NCBI GenBank assembly: GCA_016927995.1
Contig: JAFGLO010000003.1
Location: forward strand, 8,791-72,790
From: Candidatus Dojkabacteria bacterium
GTDB taxonomy: Bacteria; Patescibacteriota; Dojkabacteria; JAFGLO01
Length of the DNA stretch: 64,000 nucleotides
Direction: 5' to 3'
Position numbers and translations under genes: made by a program. The notes under the pieces are model-generated. The model was given only the letters and a program-made list of their open reading frames with translations, was not told the origin of the DNA and did not search any database. Positions 1-8,566 of the stretch are shown here, piece after piece. Numbering within the stretch: the stretch's first letter is position 1; each line of letters begins with the position of its first letter.

Positions 1-330
1 TGTTAAATTTGAGAGAATCACCGTGACCAATTTGTACAAAAAATATATCAGCGAACCAAAAATCATAAGTGACCCCAACGTTTCGTTTTGTTTAAATCCC
101 TTCTTTTTAAAATACCTAATTCCAACATAAACCCCTATGCCGCCAAGCAAAACCAACAACAAAACAAGCAAAATCAAAGGTATAAGCGAAACTACATCTA
201 TCCCGGAACCAAGTCCAAATAGTCCCCAGAAAATTCCAAATACAGTAGCGATAATAATAACAATAACAGAAAAGCCAATCATGGAAAGTCCGATAGTTTT
301 GGATTTAAACTTATGTTCCAAAATATTCAT
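1..330 (-). CDS. Hypothetical multi-pass membrane protein (partial; C-terminus lies beyond the window start)
   Basis: Minus-strand ATG at 328-330 opens a stop-free frame to position 1 (110 codons). It encodes strongly hydrophobic TM-like segments (IGLSMIGFSVIVIIIATVFGIFWGLFGL; LIPLILLVLLLVLLGGIGVYVGI). It is missing from the ORF track only because it has no in-window stop. Confidence 0.35.
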   Translation of the reverse strand, partial: MNILEHKFKSKTIGLSMIGFSVIVIIIATVFGIFWGLFGLGSGIDVVSLIPLILLVLLLVLLGGIGVYVGIRYFKKKGFKQNETLGSLMIFGSLIYFLYKLVTVILSNLT

Positions 331-536
331 TATATTTCCCTTTAACTTAGCCACTTATTCAATAGTACAGGACATACTTTCATTTGTAAAATTCGTAAGA
401 CCATATCATTTTCAATCCATTTTGTGGTATAATATCCATCGGAAAATTGTCCAAACTAGGTGATACGATAATTCCTTTAAAGAATAAATCCTCTGCGCGC
501 TAATTTGTACTTATCCTTAAAATACTATGTTAGATA

Positions 537-1808
537 ATGGAAAGAAATCAAAGTCACTACAATTCATCTGGCGGCAGCAGCTACCAAAATAGAAACCGAG
601 ACAGAAGCGGGGGCTACCGTGGATTCAGTAGGCAAAACAGATTTGGAAAAAACAGAGGGTTTAGAAATCAAAGATCAAACCGTGGAAGATTCATAGGTGA
701 AAAAATCCCATACGAAAAGTATATTTCAAAAACAGTAGAAAACTACATTGCCCCGTCAATTTATGCTGAAGATAGGTTGTTTTCGGAATATGCTATATCG
801 GAACTTATAAAAAGAAACATATCATCCAAAGGGTATAACCATCCTACACTTGTACAGTCACAGGCAATTCCACATATCCTACAAGGAAAAGATGTATTAG
901 GCCGCGCAAGTACAGGTTCTGGAAAAACAGGAGCATTCTTAATTCCACTTATTGACAAAGTTCTAAAAGACAAATTACAAAAATGTTTAATAATTGTCCC
1001 AACAAGGGAGCTGGCATCTCAAATACGAACTGAACTTATAGAGCTGTCAAGAGGCTCCGGAATATTCTCTGTCTTAATAATCGGCGGCGTATCCATGGGA
1101 ATGCAAATTAATGATCTTAGGCGAAATCCAAGTTTTATAATTGGAACACCCGGTAGGTTAAAAGACCTTTATGAAAGAAATAAAATTAACTTAGAAACCT
1201 TTAACAATATCGTACTCGACGAAGTCGACAGAATGTTAGACATGGGCTTTATTGGAGATATAACACTCTTAATATCAAAACTAAGAGAAAAGAAACAAAC
1301 ATTATTTTTCTCGGCAACTATGTCATTTGAAGCTGAAAAAATTGCAGATACCCTACTTTCTAATCCTGTTAAACTTAAGATCGAGGAAGAATCTCCTCTT
1401 AAAAGTGTTAATCAAAACGTTGTTATGGTTCAAAATTCCGAACAAAAACTTCCTACCCTTGTGTCACTTCTAACTAAAGAAGAATTTACAAAGGTTTTAA
1501 TCTTTTCAAGAACAAAACACGGAGCCGATAACCTTACAAAGAAATTAAAAGCTCAAAATTTAAGGGTCGAGGCTATTCACGGAAATAAAACCCAGCAAAA
1601 GCGACTTAGAGTTATTTCTGATTTTAAGCTAAACCGTATTAATATTTTAGTTGCAACCGACGTCGCCGCCAGGGGCTTAGATATTCCAAATGTTTCACAC
1701 GTAATTAACTACGACGAACCTCAAACATTTAAAGATTATATCCATAGAATCGGTAGAACCGGTCGAGCAGGCAAGCCCGGAAATGCACTTACCTTTGTGG
1801 GGTGTTAG
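537..1808 (+). CDS. DEAD-box ATP-dependent RNA helicase with N-terminal Arg/Gly-rich tail
   Basis: Motif I GRASTGSGKTGAF, Ia PTRELA, GTPGRL, a DEVD (DEAD-variant) box, SAT, and HRIGRTGRAGKPG (motif VI). The N-terminal ~70 aa is an RG/RGG-like low-complexity region. Confidence 0.9.
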   Translation: MERNQSHYNSSGGSSYQNRNRDRSGGYRGFSRQNRFGKNRGFRNQRSNRGRFIGEKIPYEKYISKTVENYIAPSIYAEDRLFSEYAISELIKRNISSKGYNHPTLVQSQAIPHILQGKDVLGRASTGSGKTGAFLIPLIDKVLKDKLQKCLIIVPTRELASQIRTELIELSRGSGIFSVLIIGGVSMGMQINDLRRNPSFIIGTPGRLKDLYERNKINLETFNNIVLDEVDRMLDMGFIGDITLLISKLREKKQTLFFSATMSFEAEKIADTLLSNPVKLKIEEESPLKSVNQNVVMVQNSEQKLPTLVSLLTKEEFTKVLIFSRTKHGADNLTKKLKAQNLRVEAIHGNKTQQKRLRVISDFKLNRINILVATDVAARGLDIPNVSHVINYDEPQTFKDYIHRIGRTGRAGKPGNALTFVGC

Positions 1809-2214
1809 AAAGTAAATCAAAAACTATATCTTTCGAAAATTCTCCGAACTCATTAACCTTAATTACCTTATCAGATATAAATCCTAAATGACCTAGCTCT
1901 TCCGTTTCTCCAATAACAATTGTAACAACTTTTAGACCTACCCCTTTTGCAAACCCAGCTTCAAGACACATTCCCCTCCCAACTCCGCCTTTGGAAACAA
2001 TATTAACAAGCATGTCACACTCTTTAATTTTTGAAAACGCCTTAAGCATTACTTCTTCTTCCGAATCTTGTATTCTTCCCCAGTCTTCTTCGTCTCGAAG
2101 GTAAATATAAGTGCTATGACCCGTCTCTTCAAATATTTTTGAGATCTTTTCAAGAAGGCTTTTAACCTCCTTAACACTTTGACCCCCGAACTTATATGTA
2201 AGATAAATTTTCAT
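1789..2214 (-). CDS. Nucleoside 2-deoxyribosyltransferase-like (NDT/Rossmann-like) small protein
   Basis: The N-terminal MKIYLTYKFGG resembles the NDT-family 'IYLAGP' start. A C-terminal Glu sits in GMCLEAGFAKGVGLKVV, matching the NDT catalytic E..G.A..GKPV region. Length is 141 aa. Confidence 0.4.
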   Translation of the reverse strand: MKIYLTYKFGGQSVKEVKSLLEKISKIFEETGHSTYIYLRDEEDWGRIQDSEEEVMLKAFSKIKECDMLVNIVSKGGVGRGMCLEAGFAKGVGLKVVTIVIGETEELGHLGFISDKVIKVNEFGEFSKDIVFDLLSNTPQR

Positions 2215-2215
2215 A

Positions 2216-2674
2216 TTAAACCTGTTTAATTAATTCTGCTTTTCCAGTTTTTCCAACTTTTTCGCAGATTTCTAACTCATGAGTAAGATTTAACCCAAGA
2301 ATACTAAATGGCAAAGTCCCTTTTATCTCAACCAAATTTTCAGGATTCATGTGTCCAAAGTAATGTGAGCCAGGATAAGTTATCGCGTCAAAGAATTCGA
2401 CTTCTGTGCCAGCTACGTCAATAAATAGGTGAGAAAATGGAAGCTCAGCATCCCCCTTTGGCTCTTTACAATATTTCTTGACTTTGATGGACCCTAGCTT
2501 TGCAATCTCTTGCACTGTTTCAAAATCGGTAGCAAAATCTATGTCCTTTTTAGGCACTACATTTACGCCCTGCAAAAGTAGATTAACACTACCAATAAGA
2601 AAACCCTTGGCACGCAACTCCTCGGGCAGCGGCGTTAATGTAGCGATAATTAAACTTTCGAACTGCGAAACCAA
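2216..2674 (-). CDS. Minimal nucleotidyltransferase-fold (Pol-beta superfamily) protein
   Basis: hG[GS]-x14-DhDh signature (FLIGSVNLLLQGVNVVPKKDIDFATD) in a 152-aa protein. It is separated by 1 nt from the NDT-like gene, so the two are probably co-transcribed. Confidence 0.4.
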   Translation of the reverse strand: MVSQFESLIIATLTPLPEELRAKGFLIGSVNLLLQGVNVVPKKDIDFATDFETVQEIAKLGSIKVKKYCKEPKGDAELPFSHLFIDVAGTEVEFFDAITYPGSHYFGHMNPENLVEIKGTLPFSILGLNLTHELEICEKVGKTGKAELIKQV

Positions 2675-2784
2675 GTCTAGTGAAATGCCTTTGTTAATAA
2701 CAGATTTTCTAAAAATTGATTACAGTATTATCTGCTATCCATCTCTCTTTTTCAAGAAAACATTTCCTGTTATACTTAACCATT

Positions 2785-3633
2785 ATGATAGAACTTCCAG
2801 AAGCAAAAGTACTCTCGGAACAGCTTACAAAATCGGTTAAGGGAAAAACTGTTGCCACTGTAATTGCAAATCAGAGTCCACACAAATTTGCCTGGTTTAA
2901 AGATGATCCAAAAGATTATTCAAAAAAACTTTCAGGTGGAAAGGTTTTAAAAGCCGAACCTATAGGCGGATATCTACAAGTCAAATTTGGCGAGGCCACA
3001 ATAGTTTTCGGTGAAGGAATAAACTTACGGTTCCTTGGAAAAGACGCAAAACGTCCACCCAAACATCAATTGCTACTTGAATTTGCCGACGGAACTGCAC
3101 TTTGTGCCTCTGTCCAAATGTACGGCGGACTCTGGCTTTATACCAAATCAGAAAAAATCGACAACAAATACATTACAGGTGCCATTCAAAAACCCTCTCC
3201 TTATACCAAAGAATTTACTAAAGCCTATTTTGACAAACTCATAAACGATGAATCTGTTCAAAAATTAAGTATCAAAGCATTCTTAGCTACAGAGCAGCGA
3301 ATCCCAGGTTTAGGGAATGGAGTCCTTCAGGACATATTGTACAATGCTAAACTTCACCCAAAACAAAAGATAATGAATCTATCAAACTCCGAAAAATCAA
3401 CCCTGTTCAAATCGGTAACGGACATACTCTTAGAAATGGCTACAAAAGGAGGACGCGATGTTGAAACAGATTTATTTGGAAATCCCGGCGGATTTATTTG
3501 TCAGGTTAGTAAAAATACCGTTGGCAAGCCTTGTCCAAAGTGCAAGTCAAAAATTGTTAAACTTGCTTATATGGGTGGGAGCGTATATTTTTGCCCAGAC
3601 TGTCAAAAAGAAACTGTCAGCAAGAGAGGTTAA
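2785..3633 (+). CDS. Fpg/Nei-family DNA glycosylase / AP lyase (formamidopyrimidine or endonuclease VIII-like)
   Basis: The N-terminus MIELPEAKV aligns with the canonical MPELPEVE. The C-terminal zinc finger CPKCKSKIVKLAYMGGSVYFCPDCQ (C-x2-C-x16-C-x2-C) matches Fpg. The start was chosen at the internal Met (2785), which gives the family-typical N-terminus. Confidence 0.75.
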   Translation: MIELPEAKVLSEQLTKSVKGKTVATVIANQSPHKFAWFKDDPKDYSKKLSGGKVLKAEPIGGYLQVKFGEATIVFGEGINLRFLGKDAKRPPKHQLLLEFADGTALCASVQMYGGLWLYTKSEKIDNKYITGAIQKPSPYTKEFTKAYFDKLINDESVQKLSIKAFLATEQRIPGLGNGVLQDILYNAKLHPKQKIMNLSNSEKSTLFKSVTDILLEMATKGGRDVETDLFGNPGGFICQVSKNTVGKPCPKCKSKIVKLAYMGGSVYFCPDCQKETVSKRG

Positions 3634-3707
3634 AGTCCTGTTTTCAGTTTTTGCTTTTTCTTTCTCGATGCACTAAAAAGTAATAAATAAAGAATGCTTT
3701 GTTATCC

Positions 3708-4796
3708 CTAGTATGAGATAACGGTGAGTGTCATATTTATACTATATATACCAGCAGGCTGCTCACCGGGAATCTTTTGTGAGATACCTATATTCGTAAT
3801 ATCCCAGGAACAAGGTGCCGTAGTACTTGCACCAGCAGTAAGTAATACAATTGAGTCTACAACCCCCTCAGAAAATGAATTAACTGATCCTACAGATATA
3901 CCAGTCGTTGAACACATCGCATCGGGGGTAATAATCATTGTTGACGGATCAATTGTCATCTGCCCTCCGAATAGATCTATATCAGCACCATCGCCCACAT
4001 ATTCAGTTGGATCATTATAGTCGTATGAGTTTATGGAATCACTCCATAAAGCTAACGGACCTTCGGTAGCTGCAATTGTTAGGATCCATGATTCATTAGC
4101 CGTTCCGTTATCTATCCTTATCTTTTGAGAATCTGTACCCAGAACCCCTGTAGATGTCTGAGAATAAATGGAAATCGGGACCTGAGACATCTCAACAGTT
4201 GGGGTTAAAACCGGATTACCATCTGTATCAACAATATCAACCGTAAGGGAACCGGTAGACGGATAATCAATCAGGATATAAACATATTCTAAGTTTATAT
4301 CCTGCGGTCCAGCAGTATCGTTATTTTGAATCTCGAGCCAGACTCCATTAGCAAGGTGTGTTGTTGTTAACCCCGGACAATCTATAAAGTCCCTTGTTTC
4401 TGATGCATACTGCGGAGCAGGATCAACACTACAGATTATATTCCCATCGAGGGAATCTCTAAGATACACGCCCCATGTACCCGATAACGTCCCGTAAGAG
4501 TCATAATATAATCTGGCAGAGGTTATATTATCAAGGATTATAGTCTGAAAAGGTGCATCTAGTACATCTCCCTTTGTGAGTGCATAACTTACGGAATCAT
4601 CCACTGTTATTGCCGACAGACATTCAGGTGACTGTTTGTTATTAATTAAACAGTTAGTAACAATAAGGGTTGCAGTGTCGGCATAGACATAATTTAACTT
4701 ATCGAACAAGAGAGAAAAATACAAAGAACTAACCGATACAAACAATAAACAAAGCGCAAAAGGTTTTTTGTAATTATGCTCTCGATAATCTCGCAT
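3708..4796 (-). CDS. Secreted/N-anchored Thr/Ser/Asp-rich protein, paralog A
   Basis: N-terminal hydrophobic anchor/signal (FALCLLFVSVSSLYFSLLF). The C-terminal ~130 aa aligns clearly with the C-terminus of the 5960..6661 protein (WxLTIAA..ALW...YDxND...FGGQMTIxPST...). Confidence 0.5.
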   Translation of the reverse strand: MRDYREHNYKKPFALCLLFVSVSSLYFSLLFDKLNYVYADTATLIVTNCLINNKQSPECLSAITVDDSVSYALTKGDVLDAPFQTIILDNITSARLYYDSYGTLSGTWGVYLRDSLDGNIICSVDPAPQYASETRDFIDCPGLTTTHLANGVWLEIQNNDTAGPQDINLEYVYILIDYPSTGSLTVDIVDTDGNPVLTPTVEMSQVPISIYSQTSTGVLGTDSQKIRIDNGTANESWILTIAATEGPLALWSDSINSYDYNDPTEYVGDGADIDLFGGQMTIDPSTMIITPDAMCSTTGISVGSVNSFSEGVVDSIVLLTAGASTTAPCSWDITNIGISQKIPGEQPAGIYSINMTLTVISY

Positions 4797-4809
4797 GTCT
4801 ATTTCTATA

Positions 4810-5937
4810 CTATTTACTAGGTGGCACTTTTATCTTTTTACCAACATTTAGTTTGTCCTCAGGCTTAATCTTGTTAACAAGAGCAATTAGCCGACTTGAG
4901 ACCTTGTATTTCTCGGAGAGTTTGGAGATTGTGTCACCAGGCTTAACGCCGTATTCAATCCAATCCTTGGAAAGCCTCTTATCTGCCGAATATACAAAAA
5001 CATAATAAATTAGTGAGCCAACTACACATAAGGCTGAAACACATACGGCAACTACAGTTGCCTTTGGCATAATCCAGATTGTATCAGTTGCAGTTAGTGT
5101 AACGAAATCCGAATCACCTGACCCATTATTAAAGTTGTTTTTATCATAAGTAACCTTCAAATTAAGATAATGAGGTCCACCCCAATCTGACTGTTTGAAT
5201 TGGAACATTAGGATCGATTCCTGTTCCCTATATGTTGTATATGTGCTCGAAATTTTACCCAGTTCATTGCCAAAAACATCTTTTACAGTAAGCTCAACGG
5301 CGGCATCAATTGAAACTGTTCCATTATTCTTGAGAACAGGCTTCACAATAATTAAATCACCCTCAATCTTCGTGTCCATTCTTACTAATTCCAAGTCCCG
5401 TATCAAATCACCCGGAACAGTAACAACAAGTCTTATTGCTTTTCTAATCGAAAGATTGATTCCTGGCTCAAGTTCATTAGTATTTTTTTCCTGAATAACT
5501 ATACATCCGTTATTCTCTCCGACATCAGCAGAATCCGGAACACTAATCTTAAAGTCCACTATTGCACTTGAATTTGGATCCAAAGTTAACTCTTCAACAT
5601 CCATTGTTACCCAACTACCAACCTCCTCACGAGCCTCTGCATACTGTCTACAACCAAACCCACCATCACTTGAGATAATTTTATCTGCAGGATAAACAAT
5701 AACCGTCTTTGTTTCATTTGTATAGTTTGTAATGAGAATTCCGTCGGTTGCTTCTTCTCCAATATCCAGTTCGTGGATAAATATTGACTCCGTTCTGGGA
5801 TTATCATCTCGAGGATATGCAGGAAGCCCATTTATTTTAGTACTTATGTTGTCTTCCGCAAAGACCGGGGTCAAGTTAAGAAGCATTAAGAATAAAAAGA
5901 AAAATACCATTAAAATAGTATTAGCTAGCTTCCTCAT
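4810..5937 (-). CDS. Membrane protein with N-terminal signal, internal TM helix and C-terminal LysM domain
   Basis: Signal-like MRKLANTILMVFFFLFLMLLNLTPVFA. TM helix ATVVAVCVSALCVVGSLIYYVFVY. C-terminal LysM-like segment DWIEYGVKPGDTISKLSEKYKVSSRLIALVNKIKPEDKLNVGKKIKVP. Confidence 0.6.
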   Translation of the reverse strand: MRKLANTILMVFFFLFLMLLNLTPVFAEDNISTKINGLPAYPRDDNPRTESIFIHELDIGEEATDGILITNYTNETKTVIVYPADKIISSDGGFGCRQYAEAREEVGSWVTMDVEELTLDPNSSAIVDFKISVPDSADVGENNGCIVIQEKNTNELEPGINLSIRKAIRLVVTVPGDLIRDLELVRMDTKIEGDLIIVKPVLKNNGTVSIDAAVELTVKDVFGNELGKISSTYTTYREQESILMFQFKQSDWGGPHYLNLKVTYDKNNFNNGSGDSDFVTLTATDTIWIMPKATVVAVCVSALCVVGSLIYYVFVYSADKRLSKDWIEYGVKPGDTISKLSEKYKVSSRLIALVNKIKPEDKLNVGKKIKVPPSK

Positions 5938-5959
5938 TTAATTTAAAAATTAATTTAAG

Positions 5960-6661
5960 TTATTGAGCAGTAATTGTCAACACAAGACTTATCGCATAAT
6001 CTGAGGCCGGTGGTTGTTCCGCAGGTATTAACTGCGAAATACTTACGCCCGTTAGCACCCAGTCACCAACACTATCAGATGATGATGAACCTGTCATTAG
6101 AGTTATACTATCTATATTTCCTTCCTCGAAAGAAGCCTCGGATCCTAGCGATATGTTATTGGTTGTGCAAGAGGAACAGTTCCCCACTGCTAAATTTGCC
6201 GTTGAGGGGTTAATTGTCATCTGACCTCCAAACCAGTCAGGATCCAACCCATCTAAACATCCGGCATCGTCATTAAAGTCATAATCAACACCGGCACTTT
6301 CCCATAATGCAGTCGGAGAAGAGGCCGCTATTGTAAGATTCCATCCGGCTGAGGTTGCTCCGGGATTCACAATATATATTTGTTGATTACTAATTCCCAG
6401 AGTACCTGTTGAGGTTTGACAAGAAAAACTGAAATCCCTGCTACTCATTACAACAAGTGGGAAAGGAACCGAAACATAAGAAGAATCTACGAGATCAACG
6501 GAAAGTGTTCCGGGATTTATTGTTTGACCAAAGCCAGATGTACTAGATAATACATCCGTCTTCTTCGATTCAACGTTGTTAAGATATAAGGTTGCTCCGC
6601 AGAAAACAAGTGATAATACAATGAATAAAACTGCAAATTTCTTGTCTCTAAGCTTGCTCAT
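5960..6661 (-). CDS. Secreted/N-anchored protein, paralog B of 3708..4796
   Basis: N-terminal anchor KKFAVLFIVLSLVFCGATLYL. The C-terminal half is homologous to paralog A. Confidence 0.5.
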   Translation of the reverse strand: MSKLRDKKFAVLFIVLSLVFCGATLYLNNVESKKTDVLSSTSGFGQTINPGTLSVDLVDSSYVSVPFPLVVMSSRDFSFSCQTSTGTLGISNQQIYIVNPGATSAGWNLTIAASSPTALWESAGVDYDFNDDAGCLDGLDPDWFGGQMTINPSTANLAVGNCSSCTTNNISLGSEASFEEGNIDSITLMTGSSSSDSVGDWVLTGVSISQLIPAEQPPASDYAISLVLTITAQ

Positions 6662-6759
6662 AGAGAAGATTTCATTAAAATTAATTTACTCCATAATAGA
6701 AAACTATAATGATTCTGTCAATGTTTACTTGTTTTTAAGAGGAATCAAAATCTAAAGTC

Positions 6760-8181
6760 CTATTGCACACTATCAATTTCCCTACCAACAATATCAACAA
6801 CCAACTGATCAAGAGCGCTTACTGTATACTTATCATCCGAAACATGATAATCGGTACCACCGCTTGAGTTAGTTATAAACACATACCTAGCATTCGTTAT
6901 AAGTGCAACTGTTCTATAAATAAGCTCGCCCTCGGTATTATCAAGTCCACTTGAGGCAATAGGATAAATTTTTATACCAAGTTCTGCACTTCTAAGTGCT
7001 GCAATTCTGTAGTCATAGTCCTGACCATAATCATTATGAGGAGGAGCGTCAGCCACTAAAAAAGCAACTCTAACTGCATTTTTGTTAGTTGACCAGCTAA
7101 GTTGTTCCATTGTGTCTTTGAGTGCGCTGTTAACATCTTCTGGATAATCGCCGCCACCACTTGCCACAATTGAAGAAAGATTAATCTTAAATTCTTCAAG
7201 ATTATCGGTAAAGTCGTAGACCCTTGTAACATACTCATCTGTTACGTCCCTATAAATTACCATACCATATCTTATCTTGGGAGCATTTTCCAAAACACTT
7301 ATCTTGCTGGAGATTGAACTCATGGTTTCCTTTAACTTATCAATCTGATCACCCATTGAACCGGTTGTATCAATTACGAAAACTAAATCAAGTGTTAAAT
7401 CTGTTAAATTATCAGTGTTACTTGTAAGTCCAATATTCCACGAAGGATCCGAATCAGAAAAAGAATATGATTTATCACCAATAGTTATAGAATATGAAGT
7501 TGCTAGCTCACCACTACTTTGTTGCCCCACATTTGTATATAGTGCCGGGAAGAAATAGATCTTGCCATCGGCATCGGTAACTAGTTTGTATGTAACACCA
7601 TTTGACCCATTAATAATAAGCTCCTGACCCAAAACAGCTTTTCCGGAGGCATCAGTAACACTTATCTCATATCGCTTGGAAAGTAGCACGTCGGTTAAAG
7701 CAGGGTGAGACTGCGAAGCAACGTATGAAATAAAATCCGAAAAATACTTATTATCATCAATTTCACCGCCTGAAAGCGGACTTGAATCAATAACATTTTC
7801 GCCAGTACCCATTTCGTAATAACTGTCGTCACCTGAATAGCCTGCCGAGTCAAGGACTAAACTTGTTGTAACCGGAGCCGTTTTACTTTCCTTAGAAAAC
7901 AAACTAAATCCCAATATCGAAGAATCACTGCGACTACCGCCCCTGCGATCATAAGATCCCACCCGTTCACAATATTCACCCTTGTCCAATAGTTCATCTT
8001 TTACATAGTCCGGAAAAAGATTTCCTAAAAGATAAGAAGTGGTATCCAAAGGATCACCAACCGGTTTTTTAAAAAAATTATATGCTAAAACCCCACCCAC
8101 AACCAAAAGTCCAAGCCAGCCAAAGACATAAATCCCCACAAAAGGAGAAACCAGGTTTTTAAGAATCTTGCGCTTATCCAT
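6760..8181 (-). CDS. Membrane-anchored von Willebrand factor A (vWA/MIDAS) domain protein with CarboxypepD_reg-like domain
   Basis: N-terminal TM (FVGIYVFGWLGLLVVGGVLAY). MIDAS motif in VFVIDTTGSMGD. A preceding beta-sandwich-like segment EISVTDASGKAVLGQELIINGSNGVTYKLVTDADGKIYF. Confidence 0.65.
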   Translation of the reverse strand: MDKRKILKNLVSPFVGIYVFGWLGLLVVGGVLAYNFFKKPVGDPLDTTSYLLGNLFPDYVKDELLDKGEYCERVGSYDRRGGSRSDSSILGFSLFSKESKTAPVTTSLVLDSAGYSGDDSYYEMGTGENVIDSSPLSGGEIDDNKYFSDFISYVASQSHPALTDVLLSKRYEISVTDASGKAVLGQELIINGSNGVTYKLVTDADGKIYFFPALYTNVGQQSSGELATSYSITIGDKSYSFSDSDPSWNIGLTSNTDNLTDLTLDLVFVIDTTGSMGDQIDKLKETMSSISSKISVLENAPKIRYGMVIYRDVTDEYVTRVYDFTDNLEEFKINLSSIVASGGGDYPEDVNSALKDTMEQLSWSTNKNAVRVAFLVADAPPHNDYGQDYDYRIAALRSAELGIKIYPIASSGLDNTEGELIYRTVALITNARYVFITNSSGGTDYHVSDDKYTVSALDQLVVDIVGREIDSVQ

Positions 8182-8235
8182 AAAACTTAAAATAAAATTA
8201 GTTTCATAGATATAGATACGGGAGGTTACAGTGGG

Positions 8236-8566
8236 CAGTGAAATAGTGAAATAGTAATCCGGAAGATACCTATGAGAGAAGTGGCAAGCTTTAACAAAAA
8301 AGATAAAATAGATAAAGGGTTCACTTCGAACACAGGAATCGACGGAAGCTTAAGCAGTGAAGTAGTAAAGTAGTGAAATAGTGAAGTAATCCTCCGGAAG
8401 ATACCTATGAGAGAAGTGGCAAGCTTTAACACAAAGGCAAAACAGATAAAGGGTTCACTTCGAACATAGGAATCGACGGAAGCTTGTGCAGTAAAACAGT
8501 GAAGTAGTGAAACAGTAATCCGGAAGATACCTATGAGAGAAGTGGCAAGCTTTAACAAAAAAATGT
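8236..8566. repeat. Tandem direct repeat, ~2.5 copies of a 126-135 bp unit (core ccggaagatacctatgagagaagtggcaagctttaac)
   Basis: The core recurs at 8259, 8394 and 8520. Flanking unit sequence is ~90% identical between copies. The units are preceded by short gtgaa(a/g)tagt sub-repeats. Confidence 0.85.

Noticed and set aside
137-463. 108-aa plus-strand ORF at the window start
   Set aside because: Low-complexity Pro/Ser/Ile/Thr-rich translation. It is antisense to a much more protein-like multi-TM ORF (1..330, minus), so it is likely a shadow ORF.
8236-8566. Possible CRISPR array
   Set aside because: The units are ~130 bp and the inter-core 'spacers' are about 90% identical to each other, unlike CRISPR spacers. 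No cas genes are in the window.
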